Shown piece after piece: positions 49,845-58,954 of a stretch of 64,000 nt of DNA. The DNA comes from Saprospiraceae bacterium (GTDB lineage: Bacteria > Bacteroidota > Bacteroidia > Chitinophagales > Saprospiraceae). The notes below the pieces were generated by a model. It saw only the letters and a list, made by a program, of their open reading frames with translations, was not told the DNA's origin and made no database searches. The translations under genes were made by a program, and so were the position numbers. How positions within the stretch are numbered: the first letter of the stretch is position 1; each line of letters begins with the position of its first letter. Location of the stretch: contig CBDFMR010000005.1 in the NCBI GenBank assembly GCA_965249765.1, forward strand, positions 1,506,782 through 1,570,781, in the 5' to 3' direction.

Positions 49845-50846
49845 TCAAGTAACAAATGCAACACTTGATTGATTGTCTAATTTGTCAGCAAAAACTTCGT
49901 TGGGTGTATTGTACCCAAATCTTTTTCTAGGTCTGTTATTTAATATGTTTTGAACTTCAATTATACGTTGTTTTGTGATCTTATCAAAGTTGTAATCTTT
50001 TGGGAAGTATTGTCTGATAAGACCATTTAGGTTTTCATTTGCACCACGTTGCCAACTGTGATAGGGTTTGGCAAAATAGAAGTCTATATTCAGTTTATTT
50101 GCAATATTTTTATGGTTGGCAAATTCTTTGCCATTGTCAGAGGTGATGGTATGAATAAGAGGCTGCCAATCCTCCAATAATTCTGTTGTTTTGGACTCAA
50201 TTTCTATAGCTTGCTTACTTAATACTTTATCCATTATCAGTATTCCTGTAGCCCGATCATTGATGGTCAATAATGCTTGTTTGTGCTTTTTTCCAATGAC
50301 TAGGTCTATTTCTAAATCCCCTATTCTTTCTTTGCTATCCACTATCGGTGGTCTTTGATCTATACCAACTCTGTCCACCAGAATCCCTCTACAGTCCTTA
50401 CTGTGGCCTCTCTTGCGATATCTCTTGCCCCTGTTTCTTAGATGCTGATACAGCTGGCCACCCTTCTTTTTATCTGCCCAGATGAACTGATATATTCTTT
50501 CAGTACTGACACAATTAATTTCTTCTAATTTAGCCCTTCCCGCGATCTGTTCCGGGCTATAGTCCTTATTAAGTAGATCAATAACATAATCCTCAATAGC
50601 TTGATTCCAGTGCTTCTTTTTGGGCTTTGCTATCTGGCGTTCAACCGCTTTTTTATGTGCTAATTCAGCTCTATAAACCTTAGATCTCTGATCAGTGTTT
50701 CTTTTTATCTCTCGACTAACTACTGACTTGTCTTTTCCAATAAACTCAGCAATCATCGAAATTGACATCTTCTTAGCAAGGCAAATTTCAATATCGCACC
50801 TTTGTTTCAGCGTTAAATGACCCATTCTTTTTTGAGATTTTTGCAA
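49845..50846 (-). CDS. IS30-family transposase
   Basis: 333 aa: N-terminal HTH, DDE integrase core (DLVIGKKHKQALLTINDRATG, ITSDNGKEF, YFAKPYHSWQRGANENLNGLIRQYFPK). Confidence 0.85.
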   Translation of the reverse strand: MQKSQKRMGHLTLKQRCDIEICLAKKMSISMIAEFIGKDKSVVSREIKRNTDQRSKVYRAELAHKKAVERQIAKPKKKHWNQAIEDYVIDLLNKDYSPEQIAGRAKLEEINCVSTERIYQFIWADKKKGGQLYQHLRNRGKRYRKRGHSKDCRGILVDRVGIDQRPPIVDSKERIGDLEIDLVIGKKHKQALLTINDRATGILIMDKVLSKQAIEIESKTTELLEDWQPLIHTITSDNGKEFANHKNIANKLNIDFYFAKPYHSWQRGANENLNGLIRQYFPKDYNFDKITKQRIIEVQNILNNRPRKRFGYNTPNEVFADKLDNQSSVAFVT

Positions 50847-50873
50847 CCCAAAATTAGAATGAAATTTTTCGCC

Positions 50874-50928
50874 GACCAGCCAACAGGCTTTTGGCCTAGG
50901 CCAAAAGCCTGTTGGCTGGTCTTTTTTT
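50874..50928 (+). terminator. perfect 48-bp palindrome (23-bp stem) followed by T7, inside the IS30 element upstream of its transposase
   Basis: gaccagccaacaggcttttggcc-ta-ggccaaaagcctgttggctggtc-ttttttt. Confidence 0.5.
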
Positions 50929-52027
50929 TACAAACAAGAATACCGTTGCATTAACTACTTGAATTCAAGTTTTGATAGTGATGTAGAACAAGAAAACACA
51001 TTAAGAAAAAAGGGATACTCCAAGGATGGTAAAATAGGAAAGACTCAAGTGGTATTAGGAATGCTCATGGATCGTAACAAGCAACCGGTGGCCTATCATA
51101 TATTCGAGGGAAACACTGCCGAAGTCAAGACGATAAGTAAAATACTGGAACAGGTAAAAAAGCAATATAGTATCGACAAGGTCATCGTAGTAGCTGACCG
51201 AGCCATGTTATCAGAACAAAACATTGACCTGATCAGTGGGCAAATGGACTTTCCATTCATATTTGGTGAAAAGCTAAAAATGATGAAAACGCCCGCCAAA
51301 GAAGCATTGGTAGATAAGAGCCGCTATAACAATGAATGGGTGTATCAAAAAGATGGAAAACCAATAAAGCTAAAATACACTACACTAATGTACCAGGGAC
51401 GAAAAGTGATCTGCACCTACAGTGAAAAAAGGGCACGCAAAGACCGTCATGAAAGAGAAAAACGCCTAATAAAGGCACAGTACTTCATGGACAACCCTTC
51501 CCAGTTAAAAAAGAAAGCCTCTTACCATTACTTGAACAAAACGGGCAAGGACAGCTACCAGCTCAACGAAAAAAAGATCAAGCAGGACCAAATGTACGAT
51601 GGCTTTTTAGCCATCAGTACCAATGTAGACAACTTGAGTGTTGTGCAAATATTAGATCAATACCGTCACTTGTTTTTAATCGAACAAGGCTTTAGAACCA
51701 TGAAAAGCATCTTGGAAGTCAGACCAATGTTTCATTGGACAGACAAAAGAATCCGCGGCCACATTGCTATGTGCTTTATGGCCTTGGCACTATTAAGACA
51801 TGTCGAGATCAGACTTGAGAAAAACAAAACACCGCTCTCAGAGCTTACCATTCTAAAAACACTCGACAGGATGCAGTCTAGCAAGATTACCCAAGATGGA
51901 AAGGACTTTTACCTACGCAGTGCTATGGATTCAAACCAACAAGTACTGATAGATAAATTCAAATTGAAAAAAATCAAACCCCTCAATTACAACAGCCTGA
52001 CAATCAGATAGTTATAGACAACGTATG

Positions 52028-53796
52028 TAAGTACTCAATACCTGTTGAGAATTGGGCATAGTTATCCCAAGGATAGTTGATATTTTTGGGTCATTATTTC
52101 GCTTAGCGGGGGGATATTGTTAAGGTTTTGAAGTCGATCCTGAAGATACTCCCAGAAAGATATTTCTAACTTTCTACAGGTTTTTTTCAGTGACAAAAAA
52201 GTATCTCTTGCCAATCTGCCATTTTCACTTCTGGTGCCGGCACTTATCTTTCTTCTTTTGACATATTCGCGGATGTCACTTTCCGAATCATTGTTGTGCA
52301 AAGAACTATTAGGTCGAAGAAGTACCACCAGAAGCTGGTCTTTGTTTTCTCTCAATTTTTCCAATACCTGATTTAGTGAAGAATAGTTAATCACTGGTTC
52401 GCATAAGGTATCAAATTGTTCGTTTAATTGCAATGCCAGATCATCATCAGGGGTTTTCTTGTATTTTTTGAGGGCTTGATACAACTGCCAGAAGGCTGTC
52501 TTTCTGTTTTCTAATTGTGATTGTTGAACTGGATTATAACTTTTGAGTTTTACCAGAGGTCTTTCGGCATGCTTCCAACATAGTGAATGGACAAATAAAT
52601 TGAACTGACCTGCTCCGTCTGAGTGAATCACAGTATTAGGGTCAAATCCATGGGCCACAATAGTTCCTATTAACAAGGCTTCTGTTATTTGTCTGATGAC
52701 GTATTGGGCCGTTATTCCCTCGCGGTTAAAATAATTTTCTAAGCTCGTTTTGTCTTCAAAGATTCGCTCACCACTTTCATAACTTTGCCTTAGTATCCGG
52801 TAATATTTGCTTGCAAATTTTTCTCTTTTAACATACGAAAGGCTCGTCTGGTTGATTTGATAATCTCTTCTTGACTGACGCAGTATTTCCAGAAAATTGA
52901 TACGACTTTTTGAAAACGTTGTCGTAAAGTAGGTAAACAATGAGGAATTGATGCAATTACAAAACCCATTCCTAAACTCATGTCTTGCTCCTGTATCATC
53001 AGTGCGCAATTCTTCCCCCAATTCTATTCCTTTAGATAACAAGGATGCCTTTTCTATGTGAAAAGACTGCTTGTCTTCTGTTAATATAAAGCTGATCTGT
53101 CCAGATGATATATCTATCCCATAGTCTTTCAGTGAGGTTAAAAGTAGCGGCTGGGTCACACCACACTCATAATATTGGTGGAGGATAAAGGCTTTTAATC
53201 TCGGACCAAAATGGGTGTTTTGTAAATGTATAGGTAGCTCCGCTATTCGGATCTCTCCTTTTGGACCCTTCCATTTTTCTAATTTATACTCGATATTATT
53301 GGCCCTTATTATAATATCCTGTCTGATGTGTTTCTGATGACCTATTAATTTCCAGCCTTCCCCTAATCCTGTGATTTTGATCTCTTTGGTCTCGTGAATT
53401 TTTAGCGACGACTTCTTATTCCGTTTTCCACTTGTACGGCTCCCCTTTCCTTTATTCTTATTAGGATTCTTATCTAGTTGACTCGCCTTTATAGTAGGCT
53501 TCTTTGGAAGCTTCTTCAATTTCCTGATTTCAGCTTCTAGTTCTTCAACCTTTTTTGATAGCTTCTCTATTTGCCCAAATCCTTTATTTATCTGTTCATG
53601 AAGAAATTGAACATAGGGCTCTTCCAGTAATTCTTTTCTGAATCCCGGTATACTAATTGCTGATCTTTGTTTCTTTTGACTGATAATTGAGCTTTTTACT
53701 CTATTATCTATTCACGGTCGTACTTATTTAACGTTCAATTTCCTTCTTTGGTTTATTTTCCCAAATTTACTTTTTTTTCGACTATTGAGTACTTAC
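52028..53796 (-). mobile_element. IS66-family single-ORF element (ISBst12-like group, 1769 bp) nested in the right end of IS1634 copy B, with an 8-bp TSD caacgtat
   Basis: Perfect 14-bp IRs gtaagtactcaata. The 8-bp target duplication lies at 52020-52027 and 53797-53804. The 8-bp TSD fits the IS66 family. Confidence 0.7.
52062..53519 (-). CDS. IS66-family DDE transposase (TnpC-like)
   Basis: 485 aa. CWKHAERP (cf. the IS66 CWAHARR motif). The C-terminal LSLKKTCRKLEISFWEYLQDRL resembles the conserved IS66 TnpC tail. HSDGAGQF is a DDE-region segment. Confidence 0.6.
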   Translation of the reverse strand: MKKLPKKPTIKASQLDKNPNKNKGKGSRTSGKRNKKSSLKIHETKEIKITGLGEGWKLIGHQKHIRQDIIIRANNIEYKLEKWKGPKGEIRIAELPIHLQNTHFGPRLKAFILHQYYECGVTQPLLLTSLKDYGIDISSGQISFILTEDKQSFHIEKASLLSKGIELGEELRTDDTGARHEFRNGFCNCINSSLFTYFTTTFSKSRINFLEILRQSRRDYQINQTSLSYVKREKFASKYYRILRQSYESGERIFEDKTSLENYFNREGITAQYVIRQITEALLIGTIVAHGFDPNTVIHSDGAGQFNLFVHSLCWKHAERPLVKLKSYNPVQQSQLENRKTAFWQLYQALKKYKKTPDDDLALQLNEQFDTLCEPVINYSSLNQVLEKLRENKDQLLVVLLRPNSSLHNNDSESDIREYVKRRKISAGTRSENGRLARDTFLSLKKTCRKLEISFWEYLQDRLQNLNNIPPLSEIMTQKYQLSLG

Positions 53797-53870
53797 CAAC
53801 GTATTGCGAAAACGAAAAACTTAACTGCTTGATAATCAAATGCTTATGGCTAAAACGTGTCAAAGTCAAG

Positions 53871-54018
53871 AGTCCGAGTAAATATTGATGTAGATCCGTA
53901 TTAAAATGTTACTTTCTTTGAGAGTTCCTTTCCATTTCGTTCAATAATTACATCTACCGTCTCACCCGGATTGAAAGCACTGAGAGCTTCCATATATGAC
54001 ATCATATTGGATATATTT
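53871..54018. repeat. 148-bp long target-site duplication, right copy
   Basis: Identical to 47004-47151. It begins immediately after the IS1634 right IR (gtcaag|agtccgag). Confidence 0.75.
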
Positions 54019-55151
54019 AAATCTCCCATTTTTATAACGACATCTCCTTTCTCGATTCCTGCGTTACTAGCCGGTCTATTATCTTTTACCCCATCTATAC
54101 GCATTCCTTTTCCGTCAAATAGATAATCAGGCATAACGCCCAGTGTCACTTTGAAATCAGGAACAGCGTCAGACTCGTCTACGGTCTTAGTAAACTTTAA
54201 TTTTCCTTTTCCATCAAGTCGACTTACAAGATCAGTAATATACATGGCGATATCCTTCATTCCTTTGAAGTTCACTTTCTCATAGTCATCAGACGGTTTA
54301 TGGTAGTCACTGTGCTGGCCTGTGAAGAAGTGTAATACAGGGATGTCGTTGTTGTAAAACGATGTATGATCTGACGGTCCTACACCCGATTCTTTTTTTA
54401 CCAGTTTAAAGTTGAACTTATTGGTCTTGTCGAGATGTTTTTCCCATGTTGGGGAGGTGCCCGTTCCACTTATGGCAAGTGATCTTTCAGTGTTGAGTCG
54501 ACCGACCATATCCAGGTTTATCATATAGTTGATAGTGGACAAGTCAATGTTGGCATTCTTTACCCAATAGTTGGATCCCCATAGTCCTTCTTCTTCGCCT
54601 GAGAAAGCCATGATGATGTAGTTATTGTTTTTAGGACCATTAACCAATTCTTTGGCAACACTTAGTAGTACAGCTACACCGCTTGCGTTATCATCAGCGC
54701 CATTGTGTACCTCGGGGTCACCATCCCATAGAGTTCCAAAATGACCATATCCTAGATGATCATAGTGGGCTCCGATGATGACAGTATGTTCCGTTTTATT
54801 ATCAATATGTCCTACAATATTCATCGTGTTGATCTCGCCAGTAGGAGTAAGAGAATGCGGATTTGGTTTCTTATTCAAAGTAAACCTATGGTAGTATCCC
54901 TCATATTCTTTCATGCTGACAAGACCGATCTCCTGATATCTATCTGCGATCCACTTGGCAGCCTTAACCTCGCCTGGAGTCCCTACAAGCCTGCCTTCTA
55001 GATCGTCGGAAGCTAGGAATTTTACAACTGATCTCATTTCTATAGTAGAAATATCAGATTGAATATTTTCAGTAATACTTCCAGTTTTTCTGGAGCAAGA
55101 AATAATTAGGAATACACATAGAATGGTTGTGAGGAACTTCATATTAATCAT
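53901..55151 (-). CDS. M28-family zinc aminopeptidase lipoprotein with a C-terminal PDZ domain
   Basis: M28 motifs (GAHYDHLGYGHF, GADDNASGVAVLL, EEEGLWGS) and a PDZ-like C-terminus (GIEKGDVVIKMGD). Start chosen at MINMKFLTTILCVFLIISCS (lipoprotein signal); the longest ORF extends to 55202. Confidence 0.8.
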   Translation of the reverse strand: MINMKFLTTILCVFLIISCSRKTGSITENIQSDISTIEMRSVVKFLASDDLEGRLVGTPGEVKAAKWIADRYQEIGLVSMKEYEGYYHRFTLNKKPNPHSLTPTGEINTMNIVGHIDNKTEHTVIIGAHYDHLGYGHFGTLWDGDPEVHNGADDNASGVAVLLSVAKELVNGPKNNNYIIMAFSGEEEGLWGSNYWVKNANIDLSTINYMINLDMVGRLNTERSLAISGTGTSPTWEKHLDKTNKFNFKLVKKESGVGPSDHTSFYNNDIPVLHFFTGQHSDYHKPSDDYEKVNFKGMKDIAMYITDLVSRLDGKGKLKFTKTVDESDAVPDFKVTLGVMPDYLFDGKGMRIDGVKDNRPASNAGIEKGDVVIKMGDLNISNMMSYMEALSAFNPGETVDVIIERNGKELSKKVTF

Positions 55152-55264
55152 CTTTCGGCCTACAATATTAGTACTTATTGAGGTACTTTTGCCGCCTGCC
55201 ATTATAATATTACAATGTCATGACCTTGGAATAGTCGGCAAGCATTATTTTCAGCTTTTAAAAT

Positions 55265-56428
55265 TTGACAATGAAATTATTTACTTATATAATGGTCGGC
55301 TTTGCAGTCTCGGTAATGGCTTGCAAAAATGATAAATCGAATAGTCAGGATGATCACGAGCATCCCCATTCTGAAAGTCATGATCAATCCCATTGGCATG
55401 CATCATCGGCAGGGGAGGAGTTGTTGGACCTTCAGTATCCAAGTGAGAAGTACATTAAAAATATCAAGCAGCTCACCTTTGGTGGTGACAATGCGGAGGC
55501 TTACTGGAGCTTTGATGATAAAAATTTAGTATTTCAGGCCAATAATGAAAAATGGGAAACAAGATGTGACCAGATTTTTCTGGAGGATTTTTCAATAGAT
55601 CATTCTGATGGTTCGCCGGCACCGATGCTTAGTACAGGAAGGGGAAGGACCACCTGCTCGTACTTTTTACCAGGTAATAAAGACATATTGTATGCTTCAA
55701 CTCATGAAGAAGATGACAACTGTCCAGAAGAGCCTCCACGTGGAGAGAAATACGTGTGGCCGGTGTATCAGAGTTTTGATATCTATACTGCAGATTTAGA
55801 TGGTCATATTACGGGGAAGCTCACTGATTCGCCAGGATATGATGCAGAGGCTACTGTTTCACCTAAAGGTGATTTGATTGTTTATACTTCTATATCATCT
55901 GGCGACTTAGAGTTGTGGACCATGAAGATTGATGGCTCTGATAAAAAACAAGTTACCGGTGGCTTGGGATATGATGGAGGAGCATTCTTTTCTCCTGACG
56001 GAAGCAAGCTTATTTTCAGAGCCAGTAGACCCAAGACAGACGAGGCGAAAAAAGAGTATATGGACTTACTCTCTCGTGGTCTTGTGCAGCCGACAGAGAT
56101 GGAGCTATACATCTGCAACGTTGATGGATCTGAGCTAAAACAAATTACAAACCTTGGCAATGCCAATTGGGCTCCCTTCTTTCATCCATCAGGTGATAAG
56201 GTAATTTTCAGCTCTAATCACAAATCTAAAAGAGGATTTCCATTTAATCTTTTCATGATAAATACCGATGGTACTGGATTGGAACAGATAACATTTGATG
56301 ACACATTTGACTCATTTCCTATGTTTTCATTTGACGGTAAGAAATTGGTCTTTGCCTCAAATAGAAACAACGGAGACACAAGAGACACCAATCTATTTGT
56401 TGCCGATTGGGTAGAAAATGCTGAATGA
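55265..56428 (+). CDS. secreted TolB-like WD40/PD40 beta-propeller protein
   Basis: 387 aa: signal peptide, PD40-type repeats (ATVSPKGDLIVYTS, GGAFFSPDGSKLIFRAS, APFFHPSGDKVIFSSN, FPMFSFDGKKLVFASNR). Confidence 0.7.
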   Translation: MTMKLFTYIMVGFAVSVMACKNDKSNSQDDHEHPHSESHDQSHWHASSAGEELLDLQYPSEKYIKNIKQLTFGGDNAEAYWSFDDKNLVFQANNEKWETRCDQIFLEDFSIDHSDGSPAPMLSTGRGRTTCSYFLPGNKDILYASTHEEDDNCPEEPPRGEKYVWPVYQSFDIYTADLDGHITGKLTDSPGYDAEATVSPKGDLIVYTSISSGDLELWTMKIDGSDKKQVTGGLGYDGGAFFSPDGSKLIFRASRPKTDEAKKEYMDLLSRGLVQPTEMELYICNVDGSELKQITNLGNANWAPFFHPSGDKVIFSSNHKSKRGFPFNLFMINTDGTGLEQITFDDTFDSFPMFSFDGKKLVFASNRNNGDTRDTNLFVADWVENAE

Positions 56429-56718
56429 GCTGGGTAAAAAAGCTACAGGAAAGATGGAATGTATCTGGAAGTAGGGTGTTTATCATTTTGCTAGTATTTG
56501 CCTGTACAGGATTCACTGTAATGTTTTTAAAGTATCCTATCGTGGATTTTATAGTAGGGGAGAATGGTAGGAGCTGGTGGCATTCTGTATTATATTTCAT
56601 TCTAATACTACCGGTGTACAACCTGTTTTTACTTATCTATGGATTCATTTTTGGGCAGTTCACTTTTTTCTGGGAGTTCGAAAAACGATTTTTTAAGCGT
56701 ATATTCAGAATTAAGTAG
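56425..56718 (+). CDS. small hypothetical membrane protein (97 aa, two TM helices)
   Basis: Overlaps the preceding gene by 4 nt (ATGA). Hydrophobic segments VFIILLVFACTGFTVMF and VLYFILILPVYNLFLLIYGFIF. Confidence 0.5.
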   Translation: MSWVKKLQERWNVSGSRVFIILLVFACTGFTVMFLKYPIVDFIVGENGRSWWHSVLYFILILPVYNLFLLIYGFIFGQFTFFWEFEKRFFKRIFRIK

Positions 56719-56722
56719 CAAA

Positions 56723-57835
56723 TCATTGCTGAAGAATATCAGTAACCTTTCTGTCTCTGACTAGGATCATCTTCATGCTATCCCGCCTATTGGTACCTTT
56801 AAATAATATAGAGTCTTTACTTATAATCTCATATCTACCTTTGATATCGAAGGATCGATAATCGTGAAAATCATACATTTCAAACTGGTGATAAGTCGTG
56901 TCGACTAGGTATTTTAAAGTTGATAGATCGGCTCCTAGTTTCATCTTGGCATAGACTCCTTTATCAAATATCAATTTCTCTGCTGGTGGAAATTGCTCTC
57001 TCAATGTACTGTCACGCATCGATTCTTCAAATTCTGTTATATACCAACTGCCTACAATTGGATGATCGAAACTACCTTTGAACCAGGAATGGTAACGTTG
57101 GTTTTTCCATAGAAAAAGAATTAGAGGACCAATGATGAACGCAACTTTGAGAATGTTAAAGGCCTTATGAGTTGTGCTAGATGATGGAAAAATATCATAA
57201 GTCTTTAATGGAACATTCTTGTTATTGAAGAAATTGAAAATTCTATGGCTGTCATGTAATAAGATGACACATAGTGAGGAAATCAGAATCGTATTCATCG
57301 TTTTTAAACACAATTCAAAATTCAAATTTAAAGCAAGCGAGATGGCAATAAGTGGAAAAAGGATAAATACTGCGAGCGTGGAGGTTCGTCGAAAGAAAAG
57401 TAATGTGGCTCCCAGAAGTTCAAAGCATCCCAGAATTTTCAATAATTCTGGCCAGTAGCCATTAAAAGTATTCACAACTTCATAGGGAGAGAGGTCGGCT
57501 AGTGTTGTTTCAAACAGGTAAAAGCTCGCATTATGGTATTGTCCCGATATCTTTGGATAAGCATATATCAGAATAATGTAAGCGGTCAGATATCGGACCA
57601 GTGACAATAGAATGTAGTCCGCATATTTCTTTGAAGTTTCCCGGTAAAGAAGTAGACCTGTTATTAAAGATATTAAGAAGAACGCCGATGAAAACTCTAA
57701 GACCAGCCTTAGATTATCTGTGGAATCAAAACACTGCCTGGTGTTGAGGAAAAAGTAAGACACGAGGGCTCCATTACTTGTCCACTTTAGCGACCATAAG
57801 CCTACGTTCTCCAGCAACTTTAGTTTCTGTTTCAC
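56723..57835 (-). CDS. hypothetical polytopic membrane protein (370 aa)
   Basis: Complete ORF with at least 6 hydrophobic helices in the N-terminal two-thirds and a soluble C-terminal domain. Confidence 0.5.
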   Translation of the reverse strand: MKQKLKLLENVGLWSLKWTSNGALVSYFFLNTRQCFDSTDNLRLVLEFSSAFFLISLITGLLLYRETSKKYADYILLSLVRYLTAYIILIYAYPKISGQYHNASFYLFETTLADLSPYEVVNTFNGYWPELLKILGCFELLGATLLFFRRTSTLAVFILFPLIAISLALNLNFELCLKTMNTILISSLCVILLHDSHRIFNFFNNKNVPLKTYDIFPSSSTTHKAFNILKVAFIIGPLILFLWKNQRYHSWFKGSFDHPIVGSWYITEFEESMRDSTLREQFPPAEKLIFDKGVYAKMKLGADLSTLKYLVDTTYHQFEMYDFHDYRSFDIKGRYEIISKDSILFKGTNRRDSMKMILVRDRKVTDILQQ

Positions 57836-57838
57836 TTA

Positions 57839-58750
57839 ATGCATTTAACTTTAGGCAAAATAAGCACCTCTGGTTTAATGAGAAGACGTAAGAGACTTTT
57901 TAAGTTTTTTTTAATCACACTGTTTCTGTTGGTGGCCACTTTAATTATTCTCATGCACGTTTTTAGTGCAAGTATGAGGGGAGGAGACGATGAGGATGTA
58001 AATATGTTGTTTGAGGAACAGGGCATCGAAGCTAGTATTCGACATATTGAGTACAATGAGACTCTTGGTCGATACGTATATGTCTCAGGAAACGACTCTG
58101 TATTGACGGTTTTTATTCATGGAGCACCTGGATCATGGGATGCTTTTAAAACTTACATGTGCGATGAAGAACTAATCAAACATACTTCTATGATTTCTGT
58201 AGATAGACTTGGTTATGGTTTTAGTGAGTATGGTAATGTAGCGAACATCGAAGATCAGATAGTTTTTTTACGTAAGATTATAATGGGACATAAGTTGCCT
58301 ACCATTTTGCTTGTTGGTCATTCATATGGGGCTCCCATTGCGGTTCGGTATCAGTCGAGATATGGGGATGCTTCGGGCATTATCATGCTTGCCCCCGTCA
58401 ATGATCCTATCTCAGAGAAGATTAAGTGGTATGCGTATCCTCCCCGATGGAAGTTGACGAGATGGCTGTTTCCGAAATATATCCAAGTAGCTTCTGATGA
58501 AAAACTTGATCATGCAGATCAGTTGGCTTTAATTCTTGATGATTGGTCTCGACTGAGTATACCTGTGATTCATGTTCATAATGAAGATGATGGTATCGCT
58601 GATGGAGTTGCCAATATGCAGTTTAGTCACGATAATATACCTAGTCTCAATCTAATAATTCATGAGCGACCAGGGAAGGGTCACCTATTACCCTGGAATG
58701 ATTTCACTTTCACCAAGGAACTACTTCTTTCGGTTATTTCTAATAACTAG
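57839..58750 (+). CDS. alpha/beta-fold hydrolase with N-terminal membrane anchor
   Basis: 303 aa. Nucleophile elbow GHSYGAP, HGAPGSW oxyanion region, C-terminal PGKGHLLP (catalytic His). Confidence 0.7.
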   Translation: MHLTLGKISTSGLMRRRKRLFKFFLITLFLLVATLIILMHVFSASMRGGDDEDVNMLFEEQGIEASIRHIEYNETLGRYVYVSGNDSVLTVFIHGAPGSWDAFKTYMCDEELIKHTSMISVDRLGYGFSEYGNVANIEDQIVFLRKIIMGHKLPTILLVGHSYGAPIAVRYQSRYGDASGIIMLAPVNDPISEKIKWYAYPPRWKLTRWLFPKYIQVASDEKLDHADQLALILDDWSRLSIPVIHVHNEDDGIADGVANMQFSHDNIPSLNLIIHERPGKGHLLPWNDFTFTKELLLSVISNN

Positions 58751-58954
58751 TAAATTATATATATGATTTTTAACATATATAAATAGTTTTATATATATTT
58801 GCATTAAGCTAACCTCTTCTTACGATTGGAATCTTACGAATATCGACTATTCATAAGAATTCTAGGGTTAGCAATAAGTTGAGGTTGGAGAATTTTATAG
58901 GCAACTAAAACTTCCACAATGGGGAAACTGCATGTGAAGCCATGTCGTAGCTAT

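Larger units (their letters stand above)
49838..50969 (-). mobile_element. IS30-family insertion sequence (1132 bp) nested in IS1634 copy B, with a 3-bp TSD (ttt)
   Basis: Imperfect 26-bp IRs cctggattcaagtaacaaatgcaac / (rc) cttgaattcaagtagttaatgcaac. The target tttattt|tgatag is duplicated as ttt. Confidence 0.75.
49266..52011 (+). pseudogene. second IS1634 transposase gene, disrupted by an IS30 insertion (N-terminal part 49266-49837, C-terminal part 50970-52011)
   Basis: Both fragments are near-identical to copy A at protein level (one F/V difference seen). They are separated exactly by the 1.13-kb IS30 element. Confidence 0.75.
47152..53870. mobile_element. composite IS region: partial IS1634 left end (47152-47381), intact IS1634-family copy A (47382-49206), 5'-truncated copy B (49207-53870) carrying nested IS30-family (49838-50969) and IS66-family (52028-53796) insertions
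   Basis: Terminal IRs cttgactttgacac / gtgtcaaagtcaag. The left-end segment (IRL + 230 bp) is tandemly duplicated. Copy B lacks the first 74 bp of the left end. The outer junctions are flanked by a 148-bp direct repeat. Confidence 0.8.

Noticed and set aside
49266-49868. 200-aa ORF called as a separate gene
   Set aside because: It is the N-terminal 190 codons of an IS1634 transposase identical to copy A. It reads into the inserted IS30 until the first stop, so it is a gene fragment, not an independent CDS.
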